Source: a virus
Direction: 5' to 3' (one strand)
Length of the DNA stretch: 64,000 bases
Virus record (IMG/VR): IMGVR_UViG_3300017818_000007
Location: 1 to 64,000 of that record
Positions within the stretch are counted from its first letter, which is position 1, and the number at the start of each line of letters is the position of its first letter. This document shows, piece by piece, positions 17,069 through 27,766 of this stretch. The translations under genes and the position numbers were made by a program. The notes beneath the pieces are model-generated. The model had not been told where the DNA came from. It saw nothing but the letters and a program-made list of their open reading frames with translations, and ran no database searches.

Positions 17069-18523
17069 TTAATCAATTTCAATCCTTTCTATTGTAAAGG
17101 GGTAATTAGCCTCTTTATAAAACTTTTTACGTTGTGTAAGATGTCGTTTGGCATACTTACATCTGCTTGTAATGTCCCAAATTTGGACATGGTCTTTGTC
17201 CTCAGCCTTTCTAATTCCGCGGCCAATTGACTGAATAACACGTACAAAAGACTTACCAGGCTCAATAAGAATAAGGTTAAAAATGCGAGGAATATTAATG
17301 CCAACTGCGGCAACACCGTAAGTTGCAATAATAACTTTTTTATCAGCAGTTTTAACTTCATCATAATGTTCTTTCCTTGTGTCTGCTTTTGTTTCTCCAC
17401 TAATGAAGACACTGTCATTAATATATGATTGTAGCATATTACCTGCAGAAAGTCTATCAACAAGTACCAAAGTATTGCCATTTTCGCTTATTTTGGCAAT
17501 TAATTTTGAAACCCATTCCATTCTTTTTTCGTTTGTTGTTAAATATTTTAATTCTTCTTGGTATGATCTAAACTCTTGTACATCTTCAGTTTGAATAATG
17601 TTTACATCACATTGTGCAAGTACACCCTTTGCTTGTAGATCACTTGCACTAATGTTATTAATAACATCACCTAAACTTGCTCTAATGCCTTGAAACTCAA
17701 ATTGCTCTTTAGGTATAGTACCTGTTAGTCCCCAGCGAATAGGAACGTGTGCAAAGTTTTGTGTAAGCAAGTTTTTAAGTACATCTGCTTTTGCTTGGTG
17801 TACTTCGTCAACAATAATACAACGAACATCTTCCATTGCTTCTTGGAAAGTCACTGCCGCTTCGTGATTCTTAGTTTTCTTGCTAAGAATGTTTAAACTT
17901 TGCCAAGTACAAATTGTATGAGTGTGACCCAACTCTTTTCTATCACCAAAGTACACACCTACGTCTAGGCCGCAATTGACATAGTCTTCTTCTGTCTGCG
18001 TCACCAACGATTTGTTAGGAACAATAACTAGGCTACGCCCATATGGTTCACATAAACGCGAAAGTGTAGCAGTGATAATAGTTTTACCTGCACCAGTTGC
18101 AACTTCTTGTAGTGCTTGTGGATTAGATAAAAAGTTATTAATAACTTCAAGTTGGTAGTCACGTAAACGAATAGGTTGTCCTTCTGCAGGATGTCCTTTA
18201 GGCCAACAAGTGTCACCCCAAAACTCTTCATCAATTGTTGCAAAGTTAAGTTGTGTTGGTTCACGCAAATCTTCTACTTCTACATATACTCCTTTGCTAT
18301 CTAGTTCAACAAGAACTTCTTCAAGCATACTAATATATGTTGTACCACCTAGTCCAAAGAAACTTACAGTACCGTCCCATCGTCCTAGTTTATATGCAGG
18401 CAAATATCTTGCATACGGAATCTCATATTTAAATTTGTTTACAAGATGTTTACGCATTTGAAGATCAAGACCTTCAAACTTTACGTTTACTTCATCTTTA
18501 ATAATAAGTTTACAAGATGCCAC
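17069..18523 (-). CDS. uvsW: SF2 DNA helicase (UvsW-like)
   Basis: LRDYQ, ATGAGKT, IVDEVH, GLTGT, GINIP, QSIGRGIR. Confidence 0.92.
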   Translation of the reverse strand: MASCKLIIKDEVNVKFEGLDLQMRKHLVNKFKYEIPYARYLPAYKLGRWDGTVSFFGLGGTTYISMLEEVLVELDSKGVYVEVEDLREPTQLNFATIDEEFWGDTCWPKGHPAEGQPIRLRDYQLEVINNFLSNPQALQEVATGAGKTIITATLSRLCEPYGRSLVIVPNKSLVTQTEEDYVNCGLDVGVYFGDRKELGHTHTICTWQSLNILSKKTKNHEAAVTFQEAMEDVRCIIVDEVHQAKADVLKNLLTQNFAHVPIRWGLTGTIPKEQFEFQGIRASLGDVINNISASDLQAKGVLAQCDVNIIQTEDVQEFRSYQEELKYLTTNEKRMEWVSKLIAKISENGNTLVLVDRLSAGNMLQSYINDSVFISGETKADTRKEHYDEVKTADKKVIIATYGVAAVGINIPRIFNLILIEPGKSFVRVIQSIGRGIRKAEDKDHVQIWDITSRCKYAKRHLTQRKKFYKEANYPFTIERIEID

Positions 18524-19715
18524 TATTGGTATCCCCTTTGTGTGTAAAATTTACAACTAACGGCTTGTTAGCAATATACGATTGTGTTTTATAATGACTT
18601 GGTTCCACAGGCAAATCAACTAAAACTAAATTTGGTTTTATATCATTTTTAACAAATGTTTTAGGAATCTTTTCATTTGTAATTAGTATTTTATTTGTAG
18701 GATCAAACAAATTAACACCCTTTTCTTTTATAAACGTGTTTGCTTCGTTGTCTTTTTTGTATCTAAAACACACAGATGTTTTGTTAGTTAAATTATGTAG
18801 TTCAAACATATTGATCCACTCATACAAACTATCAACATCAGTTGAACTAACAAGAATAACAGTTTGCTTACTTGCTTTGATAATGTTCATCAAGTCTGAA
18901 CGTTTATGAACTTTTTTGTTAACAATATATTTGTTTTTATGATCTAACAATATTTTGTTAAGTGGATGGTTTTTTAATTGTACTGCAACGGCATCATCAT
19001 AAACATAACAACCTAGCATTTTACTAAACATAATTGCTTGAGCAGGATCTGTAATACTTGCTAGTTCTGAAGCATACGGTTCAGGTATATTAACATTTTT
19101 AACAATAAATTTATTATCATGCGTAAGAACAGGATAATAGTCTAATCCGTCGTGCTTAATTTGTTTTGTTTTATCTTCAATTTTTTTAAGTTGAGGATCA
19201 ATGTCAAACCCCTTACCTTTTGTAGCATTTAATAAAAACTGCACGTTTGTTTCATTAAGTTGAAACGACCACGATTTGTTTTCACCGTCATATACTCCTG
19301 CGGTATAACTAGGCTTCTTTCTTTTCTTAAATTTGTTAACTAGGTCAGCAATGAATGGACTTTTACAAACAATATACTCTCCATCAATGTGTAGTGTTTT
19401 TGTTTTATCAATAACTCTAAATGGTTTTGAAAAAGGTTTCTTTGTAAGTAATTCGTCTGTATCAAACCCATATTTTTTAAGAATTGGTTGATAATTTTTT
19501 ACAAGTCTAACACCAATAGTTCCTTGTTTCTCAGTCAACGCAAGACCTCTTTCAAGTTGTTCAGAAAGACTTTTTACAATAGGCAAGTCGTATTGATTAA
19601 TTGCTATTGTTGTTATTTCCCAAGAGTTAGTGTATCCAATACCACGTCCTCCAAGAAACATGATTGCGTCGTCGATTGTGTTAGTTGCCCCTTCGGGTAA
19701 TGTGGAATTCACCAT
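18510..19715 (-). CDS. Hypothetical protein (401 aa)
   Basis: Long ORF overlapping the uvsW start; sigma70 promoter upstream. Confidence 0.75.
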   Translation of the reverse strand: MVNSTLPEGATNTIDDAIMFLGGRGIGYTNSWEITTIAINQYDLPIVKSLSEQLERGLALTEKQGTIGVRLVKNYQPILKKYGFDTDELLTKKPFSKPFRVIDKTKTLHIDGEYIVCKSPFIADLVNKFKKRKKPSYTAGVYDGENKSWSFQLNETNVQFLLNATKGKGFDIDPQLKKIEDKTKQIKHDGLDYYPVLTHDNKFIVKNVNIPEPYASELASITDPAQAIMFSKMLGCYVYDDAVAVQLKNHPLNKILLDHKNKYIVNKKVHKRSDLMNIIKASKQTVILVSSTDVDSLYEWINMFELHNLTNKTSVCFRYKKDNEANTFIKEKGVNLFDPTNKILITNEKIPKTFVKNDIKPNLVLVDLPVEPSHYKTQSYIANKPLVVNFTHKGDTNSGIL

Positions 19716-19752
19716 GACTATGTCACCAATGTTTATTAATTATATATCTTAT

Positions 19753-19780
19753 ATTATAACAGATTCCTATGAAAAGTCAA
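19753..19780 (-). promoter_or_regulatory. Sigma70-consensus promoter
   Basis: TTGACT-16 nt-TATAAT with TGn extended -10. Confidence 0.65.
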
Positions 19781-20612
19781 CCAATTTTGGCATTAATCTT
19801 TCCAAAGGTTTTCCAGTTGCTATTTCTTCAACTGTCCATTCTGTATGTGCGTAATCGTTGAGCCATTGCTCTCTGTCGGGTTTGATTGGATTTACAATAG
19901 TATCAAATGTTTGATTAGCAACTGGCCATGCTAAACTACTAGGGCCAACAAAAGCAGGAACTCCACCTATAATACTTTGTATTCCTGGATTACTAGTCCA
20001 ACTTACAACTGCGTGAGCATCTTTAAATGAAAAATCAAAATCATCATATGTGCCTGTAATGTGTATTGGTATTTGCCTGTATACATTTTTAAACTCGTGT
20101 TCAATGCCAGGCAATGTACAACGTGGATGTGGTCTAAAGTAAACAGTCATGTCTGTGTGTTTTCTAATTTCGTCAATAACGTTAGAAACCCACGCACTCA
20201 TAGGAGGCATATCTCTCCATTGATGACTCTTATCATGTTGACCACATACAACAATATGTTTTCCAGTTGTCCAGGGTTTTAGTTCTAATCCGAGTCGTTG
20301 AGCCCGACTGCTATCATTACCGCTATTGCCAAAAAAAGCATCTCTATTGATTCCATTTATACCTACCTTCCATGTTGTGCCTCTTTTAATTCCGCCAACT
20401 TCTAAAACAATTACAGGTTTATTATTTTGCTGACAATAATCCCAAATTGGTTTATTCTTTGACATACGACCGTTCCACAGAACACTCCAAATAACAGCCA
20501 CATCAAAATCTTCGTGTTCTGTATGGCCTAATTGTGTTAATCCTGTGCTAAATGCATCAAACACAGGTTGACTGTTTAATGCACCATTCTCTCTGAATAA
20601 TTTGAACTTCAT
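19767..20612 (-). CDS. KpsS/capsule-biosynthesis-like GT-B glycosyltransferase (paralog 1)
   Basis: GQH.KS, FRPHP, AVVSWTSN.G..S.I.GVPAF, R.QWL..YA..EWT..EI..G. Confidence 0.6.
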   Translation of the reverse strand: MKFKLFRENGALNSQPVFDAFSTGLTQLGHTEHEDFDVAVIWSVLWNGRMSKNKPIWDYCQQNNKPVIVLEVGGIKRGTTWKVGINGINRDAFFGNSGNDSSRAQRLGLELKPWTTGKHIVVCGQHDKSHQWRDMPPMSAWVSNVIDEIRKHTDMTVYFRPHPRCTLPGIEHEFKNVYRQIPIHITGTYDDFDFSFKDAHAVVSWTSNPGIQSIIGGVPAFVGPSSLAWPVANQTFDTIVNPIKPDREQWLNDYAHTEWTVEEIATGKPLERLMPKLVDFS

Positions 20613-20658
20613 CTAATACCTACTAAATATACGTATATTATATTTATTAGAGGATAAA

Positions 20659-21474
20659 ATGTCAAGAAAATTTGCGGTAGTCACAACGTTCAATGAAGAT
20701 GGTATGAACTTGTACGGGCAGAATATGATCGACAGTTTTGAAAAAAATTGGCCCGAAGAAATCGATTTATATGTGTACGCAGAAAACTGTGCACCACTAC
20801 ACACTAAAACTAATATTCATATTAGAAACTTGATGGAGAATCCGGGTATTGTAAAGTTTAAAGCAAAATGGAAAGATGTACCTAAAGCAAATGGTAAAGA
20901 AAATCCAAAAGGTAGAGTAGATTCACACAAAGGATTTAAATGGGACGCTATTCGTTTTTGTCATAAAGTTTTTGCAATATTTGATTGTGCAAAAAGTTTA
21001 GAAGGATCAGATGTGGATACATTAATTTGGATGGACGCTGATACACTGTGTCATAGTGCAATGCCAATTAATTTTTTAGAAAACTTTGTTCCAGCAAACA
21101 AACATATTTGTTATTTTAGTAGAGAACCAAAATGGCCAGAATGCGGGTTTTATTCTATGGCAATTAAAGAAGAAGTTGTTAAACGTTTCTTAAGTAGATT
21201 CCAATGGGTTTGGGATCATGCAGAGGAAGGAATTTTTACAATGAAAGAATGGCACGACAGTTTTGTGTTTTATGAAATTGTAAAAGAGTTTAGAAATGTA
21301 GAAGGCTTTATGGAACATAGTTTAAGTAATGTTTCAATCCAAGGAGAAGGACACCCTATTATCAACAGTAGTATTGGTGCATACATTGACCATATGAAAG
21401 GTAATAGAAAAGTAGATGGAAAATCCTATAATAAAGATCTTAAAGTAGAACGCACTGAGAGTTATTGGAAATGA
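20659..21474 (+). CDS. GT-A glycosyltransferase-like protein (paralog A)
   Basis: RF.HKVFA, WMDAD (DxD), ECGF, WHDS.VF, HMKG.RK. Confidence 0.65.
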   Translation: MSRKFAVVTTFNEDGMNLYGQNMIDSFEKNWPEEIDLYVYAENCAPLHTKTNIHIRNLMENPGIVKFKAKWKDVPKANGKENPKGRVDSHKGFKWDAIRFCHKVFAIFDCAKSLEGSDVDTLIWMDADTLCHSAMPINFLENFVPANKHICYFSREPKWPECGFYSMAIKEEVVKRFLSRFQWVWDHAEEGIFTMKEWHDSFVFYEIVKEFRNVEGFMEHSLSNVSIQGEGHPIINSSIGAYIDHMKGNRKVDGKSYNKDLKVERTESYWK

Positions 21475-22103
21475 AAAAACATCTGTTTGTGCCGTGGATG
21501 CAATTACTAGACAAGGTGTTTAGTGACAGCGAAGAACTAACAATTTGTGAAATAGGAACACATAGAGGTAAGACAGCAGAACAATTATGTAAGTATGTAC
21601 TTGATAATCATTCTAGCAAATTACACTATGTTGGCTATGATGCATTTGAACTTGCAGATCAAGATACAGATTTAAAAGAGATTAACGGTAAAGGTCCGGG
21701 CGACTATACTTACGCAAACCATTTATTAAAAAGAATATCTAATAAAAGATTTACATACGAACTTGTTAAAGGATGGACACAAGATACCCTAAAAGAAAGC
21801 AAGTATGATTTAGTTTACATTGATGGCGGACACAGTTATGAATCTGTAAAACACGATCACGAAAAACTTGAGATGAGTAAAGTTGTTGTGTTTGATGACT
21901 ATCAAATTCCTGATGTAAAAAGATATGTAGACGAATATATTCATAAACATAAACTTCCACAAGTTGCTTGGGACTTAAATGCAATTAAAGAATTAAAAGA
22001 CGACACAGTGTACACTTTTATGCCACACAAACAAAAAATGAAAAAAGAATTTAAGTTAGGTCAAAAAGTAGATCACATTCAGCCAATTATTTTTAGGACA
22101 TAA
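21471..22103 (+). CDS. Class I SAM methyltransferase (Methyltransf_24-like)
   Basis: EIGT..G, YDAFE, LVYIDGGHSYE.V..D, VVFDD; start at the ATGA overlap. Confidence 0.8.
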   Translation: MKKHLFVPWMQLLDKVFSDSEELTICEIGTHRGKTAEQLCKYVLDNHSSKLHYVGYDAFELADQDTDLKEINGKGPGDYTYANHLLKRISNKRFTYELVKGWTQDTLKESKYDLVYIDGGHSYESVKHDHEKLEMSKVVVFDDYQIPDVKRYVDEYIHKHKLPQVAWDLNAIKELKDDTVYTFMPHKQKMKKEFKLGQKVDHIQPIIFRT

Positions 22104-22104
22104 T

Positions 22105-22974
22105 ATGATCATTGATGCTTTTCCTTACTTTAACGAAAAAGAGTTGTGTACTATTAGACTTAATTACCTAAGTGATGTAGTAGATAAGTTTATTATTGTA
22201 GAAAGTAATCAAACATGGAGATGTCGTCCAAACAAACAAAAGTTTTTAGAAGTTTTAGAATCATTACCGCAAACAATTAAAGATAAAATTATATATAAAT
22301 GGGTTGAACATCCTGATGAATATTTAGATAGTGAAGAACACACAAATCTTAAAACAATACAAAATATTACACGTGATCATTTAGTATATGAAGCACGTAA
22401 AATAACTGATAAAGCAATTTTCTTTTACAGTGACCTAGATGAAATTTGGGATAAAAGAGGATTGGCAGAAATTAAACGTTTGTTAAAAGCAGGCGAAAAA
22501 CAAATTGTTTGTGATCAAGATTTAAGAGTTGTATATCTTGATTGGTATGCACGTATGCGTAATTGGCCAGGTACACGAATTACTAATTTAGAAAACCTAC
22601 CAGAAGAAAAGCCATTAAGCACAGGTGCGTTCAAGTACACAAAAGCAGGTGCTTTTAAAAGACACACTGTAATTAAAAACGGTTGGCATTTTAGTTATTT
22701 TGGAAATGATACACAACGTACAGAAAAAATTGCAAACATTAAAAATGCAATGGACTGGGAACGCAAAGCAGGAATGAGTTATGCACAAATCGCCACTAAG
22801 GTGCAAACAATACAAGACTGGAATAGAGTGGTTAGAAAAAAGAAAATTCAAGGACGTCAACTGGAAACAGATTTACAAGTAGATTCTTTATTATTAAAAG
22901 AATTTTTAAAATATAACTTGTTTAGTCCTTGGTATAAAGATAGATACGGAAAGCACTTACGAGGAGACAAATAA
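22105..22974 (+). CDS. Glycosyltransferase family 17-like
   Basis: FNE.EL..IRL..L.DVVD.F.IVES..T, SDLDEI, GWHFSY. Confidence 0.8.
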   Translation: MIIDAFPYFNEKELCTIRLNYLSDVVDKFIIVESNQTWRCRPNKQKFLEVLESLPQTIKDKIIYKWVEHPDEYLDSEEHTNLKTIQNITRDHLVYEARKITDKAIFFYSDLDEIWDKRGLAEIKRLLKAGEKQIVCDQDLRVVYLDWYARMRNWPGTRITNLENLPEEKPLSTGAFKYTKAGAFKRHTVIKNGWHFSYFGNDTQRTEKIANIKNAMDWERKAGMSYAQIATKVQTIQDWNRVVRKKKIQGRQLETDLQVDSLLLKEFLKYNLFSPWYKDRYGKHLRGDK

Positions 22975-23675
22975 TGAAAAAATCAGGCGATTGGTGGATA
23001 TGTGACGAAGAACAAAATATGATGAAGTATACAGAGGTAGCCATGCGTGGTGATCCTAGTTGGCAAGGAAACTTTCCTTTATACTTAAACAAGTTTGTAC
23101 CTGAAGATAAACGAGGAGTATTTGTTGACATTGGTGCTAATTATGGATTTATGGCAACTGCTATGTCAAAGTTTTATGACACAGTAGAAGCATTTGAAGT
23201 TATTCCTAAAACATTTGATTGTTTAAAATTAAACTGTGAAGGCTATGATAATATTGTATTACATGACTGTGGCTTAGGTGAAACAAATGATAAGATGTAT
23301 GCTAAACGTAGAAAAAAGACAGCAGGACACAGTCAAATTATTAATGATCCTGAGCAGTTAGAGTTGTATCTAGCAGGTAAACATCCTAAACAACATATGG
23401 TAGAAATTGTTGAAATTCCTATTAGAACCCTTGACAGTTTTAATTATGATAGAATTGATTTAATAAAAATTGATGTAGAAGGTTTTGAAGAATTTGTACT
23501 TGCTGGTGCAGAAGAAACTATTAAAAGATGTAAACCTGTAGTTGCACTAGAAGTCACACGAAGCAAGAAAACAACTGTACGACGTAGCAGTATTGATACT
23601 GTAAAATTAGTTGAAAGTTGGGGGTATAAGTTTGCAGAACAACGTAAAGATGACTTTATGTTGATCCCTAATTAG
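22974..23675 (+). CDS. FkbM family methyltransferase
   Basis: FVDIGANYG, AFE, LDSF....IDLIKIDVEGFE..VL.GA..TI....P. Confidence 0.9.
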   Translation: MKKSGDWWICDEEQNMMKYTEVAMRGDPSWQGNFPLYLNKFVPEDKRGVFVDIGANYGFMATAMSKFYDTVEAFEVIPKTFDCLKLNCEGYDNIVLHDCGLGETNDKMYAKRRKKTAGHSQIINDPEQLELYLAGKHPKQHMVEIVEIPIRTLDSFNYDRIDLIKIDVEGFEEFVLAGAEETIKRCKPVVALEVTRSKKTTVRRSSIDTVKLVESWGYKFAEQRKDDFMLIPN

Positions 23676-24598
23676 ACGTATTTTTTCATATGGCGCCAAC
23701 AGTTGCCATTTTTTAGATCGTCTAAGTTCCAATGACTAGCACAAAGTTTCCATAACCACTTTTCTCTATCAGGACGTGTTGGATTTTCAATTTGAGTAAG
23801 GTCTGTATTTGCTAACGGTCCTGCTTGACAATAGTTGCGATCAGTCACAAAGATTGGAACACCGTTCATTAGTGACGCAACTGTTGGACTACTATTCTTA
23901 ACAACCATTGCCCAACACTTATCTAAATCATCCAATAAAGAAACTTTTGTAGTATCGCTTACACGAACACCAAATTCTTTTTCAATTTGTTTTCCGTAAT
24001 GTAATGCAGTTTTATCTCCCGGATGACAACGAATTTTTATTGGCCTATCAGTATGCTTTCTTAATGTAGATAATGTTTCTCTAAGCCAATCAATTACGTG
24101 TTCGCCACGCATACTCCAACCACCATTTCTTTGCAAACAAATTAAAACGTGTTTTCCTTTATTAGTATATGGAAGTAATTCTAAACCGTATCTATTTCTT
24201 AATCTATCCCAATGTTCTGGTGTTTCAACATCGTAATTACAGTAGTCACCGGTTGCTGGAAATACACCGTCATAACTAAAACGTATTAGTTCACTATCGT
24301 TAAACTTTCCAGTAGCATAACTGAACATATTACTATCAATAATAACACAACGTTTAGGTTTTACAGTATTGCGTGTATGTACTAGTTGTCTAAAAGCCAA
24401 ATGCGGTGCATTTTTTCCGTGCTCGTGTACAAATCCTTGAAGTACTGCAACATCACACTCTTCGTATGTTGTTCCTTCGTGTGCAATGCCCACGTCACCT
24501 GCGGCATTTACACCCTGGACATATGCATGAAGCATTGCTGGTTTTGCTGGATTGTTATTTCGAGGCGGAATACCTCCTAAAAAACTTACTACTTTCAT
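23672..24598 (-). CDS. KpsS/capsule-biosynthesis-like GT-B glycosyltransferase (paralog 2)
   Basis: LQRNGGWS, IRCHPGD, NSSPTV.SL.NGVPIF, R..WL..L...HW...DL..G. Confidence 0.6.
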   Translation of the reverse strand: MKVVSFLGGIPPRNNNPAKPAMLHAYVQGVNAAGDVGIAHEGTTYEECDVAVLQGFVHEHGKNAPHLAFRQLVHTRNTVKPKRCVIIDSNMFSYATGKFNDSELIRFSYDGVFPATGDYCNYDVETPEHWDRLRNRYGLELLPYTNKGKHVLICLQRNGGWSMRGEHVIDWLRETLSTLRKHTDRPIKIRCHPGDKTALHYGKQIEKEFGVRVSDTTKVSLLDDLDKCWAMVVKNSSPTVASLMNGVPIFVTDRNYCQAGPLANTDLTQIENPTRPDREKWLWKLCASHWNLDDLKNGNCWRHMKKYV

Positions 24599-25551
24599 TA
24601 TAACACTGCCTTGACTCTAGTCCAAAAGTCGTTTGTTGCTTGTCTGCATTCAGCAAGAGCATTAGGATGTGTAGACACTTCATCTAACATTTCTTCCCAA
24701 CCGGCTGGTTTGGCTTTTAAGTAAGGTTTGTGTTTTAATGTGTAGAATTTAGAACTCCACGGCGAAAGTACAATAACTTTTTTACCTAAAAGTGTACCCC
24801 AATATGCTCCGTGATAACTGTTTGTTAAAATAGTATTTGCTGACCCTAGTAATTCAATTGTTTGGTCCATGTTAGCACCAGAATTTACAAATCTTGGTAC
24901 TGCACCATTTCCAAAATCATTACCTTTTATTAGTTGTTTCTTGTGTTCGAACACAATTACATCATTCTTAATTTCATATTTTTTATTAAAAGCCGGATGC
25001 ATACAACTTGCACAAGGCACCCAATCAAAAAGTGGATTTCTTGCTTTCCAAGAATCGTCCCAATAATCTCTAATACCAATCATATCGTAATCTTTGAGTT
25101 TTTTAGGGTATCTTGCATCATCACTTGTGCTTGGATTATAATCTCGTTGATTATGTCCTGCACCCCAAACTATTCTTTTAGTTGAAACGTTTTGTTCAAT
25201 CTCTCTAATAGCATTTGTAAGATGATCTTTTAAATTTTTGTTAAATGCTTCGTATAACTTTTGATATTTTGTATTACATAATCTCCATCTATGATCCCAC
25301 ATTTCTTCTAACTGGTTAATATCTGGATGATTAAAAACTAAATCCATTGATTCACCAAAAAATTCATTGGCTAACAAACCACCACCACCAAATATTACTG
25401 GAAGGTCATCTGGATATTGTTGTCTGCCAATGTTAACAATATCAATTTTTTCATATTCGTCGTCATTTAAAAAATATTGCAACGGATCTGACATAATATC
25501 GCCAATATTATTTGGGTCTCTACGATGTATTACAACTGCTTTCTTTTTCAT
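24598..25551 (-). CDS. Polysaccharide pyruvyl transferase-like protein
   Basis: N.GD, VIFGGGGL, WGAG.N, IGIRD, TNSYHG...G.LLG. Confidence 0.65.
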   Translation of the reverse strand: MKKKAVVIHRRDPNNIGDIMSDPLQYFLNDDEYEKIDIVNIGRQQYPDDLPVIFGGGGLLANEFFGESMDLVFNHPDINQLEEMWDHRWRLCNTKYQKLYEAFNKNLKDHLTNAIREIEQNVSTKRIVWGAGHNQRDYNPSTSDDARYPKKLKDYDMIGIRDYWDDSWKARNPLFDWVPCASCMHPAFNKKYEIKNDVIVFEHKKQLIKGNDFGNGAVPRFVNSGANMDQTIELLGSANTILTNSYHGAYWGTLLGKKVIVLSPWSSKFYTLKHKPYLKAKPAGWEEMLDEVSTHPNALAECRQATNDFWTRVKAVL

Positions 25552-25559
25552 ACTAGTAA

Positions 25560-26294
25560 TTATTTCCTTATCTCAAAGTCTTCGCTTTTCTTGACTTTGC
25601 CTTTATAGTGGGTCATGTACTCTGCTAGGATTGTGTGCTTAAAAATGGTGTTATGATGACGATTTCCAAGGTCTCTAAAGATCTTCCCATGGCTTTCAAA
25701 CTCACTTACTACTGCACCAAACACATCTCCGTCATAAAAACGTCTTAAACTTTCACCATATCCTCTCATATAGTACTCACGGTAGCGATTTATGAAGTCT
25801 TCGTAATAGTAATGATGTCTATTGATAACATAAAAGCCTGTTTCACCACAAAGAACAGGTTTTATTTTCTTAAATCCTTCGCCTTTTACTTTTTTATGGT
25901 CATAAACAACAGCCATGTATGTTGCAAGTACATTATCTGGACATAATTTCCATAAAAATTCTTTAGGAATAGGTTTATAGGTAATTACATCACTATCAAT
26001 CCAAATTAAACGATCAGTACCTTCAAATTGACAGGCTCTTAACCAACTAAATGCTTTATAACTAAAAATTTTAACACGTTTTTTGTAATCTTTGGTTTGA
26101 AATTCTCTAAAATCTTCGTCTAGTTCGTCAAAACTGTGATACATTACATTATCGTGATTTTCTAACATAAAGTCTTCAGCAAAAACATGAAGAGTCACAT
26201 CTTTTGGCCAATATTTTACAAAAGAGTCAATACTATCCTTGCCTAGTTTATCATAGTATGCTTTATTTTGTGTAGTGACCGCTAAAATTTTCAT
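25560..26294 (-). CDS. GT-A glycosyltransferase-like protein (paralog B)
   Basis: FSYKAF, WIDSD (DxD), ETGF, YDGDVF, HYKG.VK; N-terminus similar to 20659..21474. Confidence 0.65.
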   Translation of the reverse strand: MKILAVTTQNKAYYDKLGKDSIDSFVKYWPKDVTLHVFAEDFMLENHDNVMYHSFDELDEDFREFQTKDYKKRVKIFSYKAFSWLRACQFEGTDRLIWIDSDVITYKPIPKEFLWKLCPDNVLATYMAVVYDHKKVKGEGFKKIKPVLCGETGFYVINRHHYYYEDFINRYREYYMRGYGESLRRFYDGDVFGAVVSEFESHGKIFRDLGNRHHNTIFKHTILAEYMTHYKGKVKKSEDFEIRK

Positions 26295-27073
26295 AATTCT
26301 AGTATCTTTCTTGCTGTACCGTCTTTTAACTCACTATTATGAAACTGTCCATAGGCTAGATGACACGCCCACTTATAAACAAAGTCTGAGTCTGGGTATA
26401 ACGGGTGTTCAATACCTTCTAAACTAGACGACGATAATAATGATGCGGCGTTTGGTGCTAGTGTAAACGCAGGAACACCGTAAAGTATGGCTTCAGTAGC
26501 GGCTACACTTTGCAAAGTGACCACAGCAAATGCATTATCTAGTTCTTCGTAGATAGATTTACTAAGTCTGACTTTTCTCTTTTCTTTTTCTCGAACAATA
26601 ATTGGTCTATCAGTAAACTTTTTTAAATTAGTTAATACAGTGTTCTTCCATTCTTGAAGATTTATATCATAGAATATAGCAGGTTTTTCACTAGGCATAA
26701 CAACAAGAATATTACGCCCATCTTTCTTCCATTTTGGAATTTTATACTTTAATGCTTCCCATCTATCACTCGGGCGTTCAACAATGACGTTATGTTGTAA
26801 ATCATTTTTTACAATTCTGTGAAAAATTTTATAACCCATAGGATTAATAGGAGATTTATAATTACCCATATATCCACTATCAATGTAATAAAAGTCTCGT
26901 TTATCTTCCCAACACTTTTTCATAATGTCGTGACGAAGAATTCCTCTTAAAACAATAGGATCAGAAGAATTATTATAATCAAAGTTGTCTAAATTTATTG
27001 AACCGTGCTGATCAAAACTTGATGCAAACATATTGACATATTCGTCGGTTCCGCCTTTGCTTATAAACTTCAT
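26291..27073 (-). CDS. KpsS/capsule-biosynthesis-like GT-B glycosyltransferase (paralog 3)
   Basis: YIDSGY, IVREK, AVVT.QS.AA.EA.L.GVPAF, W..HLAYGQF...EL..G. Confidence 0.6.
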   Translation of the reverse strand: MKFISKGGTDEYVNMFASSFDQHGSINLDNFDYNNSSDPIVLRGILRHDIMKKCWEDKRDFYYIDSGYMGNYKSPINPMGYKIFHRIVKNDLQHNVIVERPSDRWEALKYKIPKWKKDGRNILVVMPSEKPAIFYDINLQEWKNTVLTNLKKFTDRPIIVREKEKRKVRLSKSIYEELDNAFAVVTLQSVAATEAILYGVPAFTLAPNAASLLSSSSLEGIEHPLYPDSDFVYKWACHLAYGQFHNSELKDGTARKILEL

Positions 27074-27765
27074 TAAATTGGTTTCCAGTTAGGATTTACT
27101 TTATTTGCTCTTTCAATCCACTGGTCACCATATTCAACATCTTTACAATTTTCAAACCAAGGACCGCCTTCGGTGTAATGTAATGCTTTAGGTTTGCCGT
27201 CTTTTGACTCGTTATACCAACCGACTAACCAATTCCACTCGTGACTTACTTCGCCTATTTCTTTATCTTTCAACCAACTAAAGCGATGTAAGAATTGTCC
27301 TGTTTCTTTGTTTACCATACTAGGAATAAGTCGTGCGTTGCTAGGATGTCCGCAATTCCAAAGAATCATCGAACTCCAGTTTTTACGTGGATATGGTAGT
27401 TGTGCTTTACCATCCATCTTTGTTCCCTCTTTTACATTATATTCGTGTTTAGCAACCATAACAGCATACTTGTCATCACGTTGTGCAAATAATTTATCAA
27501 TATCTTCTAACCATAAAAAATCACAATCACAAAAAACTGCCCAACCCTTATAGTTCATTAGGAACGGAATAAGAAAACGTGTAAATGTAAATTCAGTTGA
27601 ACTTAATTTGTCAACTGATCGTGTGTAAATTCCTTGATTTCTTAACTCGTGTTGTTTTAAATGCTTAACGTCGATTATTTCTTCAGTGCTATGACATAAA
27701 CTATATTCGCAAACATCACTAGCAATAGGTTCACGGCTATCGTAGCCTATAAACACAGTATTCAT
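27073..27765 (-). CDS. GT-A glycosyltransferase (GT8-like)
   Basis: VFIGYD.RE, STEFTF.RFL.P, FCDCDFL, YPRKNWSS..L.N..H, HYT.GGPWF. Confidence 0.75.
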   Translation of the reverse strand: MNTVFIGYDSREPIASDVCEYSLCHSTEEIIDVKHLKQHELRNQGIYTRSVDKLSSTEFTFTRFLIPFLMNYKGWAVFCDCDFLWLEDIDKLFAQRDDKYAVMVAKHEYNVKEGTKMDGKAQLPYPRKNWSSMILWNCGHPSNARLIPSMVNKETGQFLHRFSWLKDKEIGEVSHEWNWLVGWYNESKDGKPKALHYTEGGPWFENCKDVEYGDQWIERANKVNPNWKPI

Positions 27766-27766
27766 G

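Noticed and set aside
22105-22974. Eukaryote-to-phage transfer of an MGAT3-like (GT17) gene
   Set aside because: GT17-like proteins also occur in bacteria and phages; composition matches the genome and nothing here indicates a eukaryotic origin.
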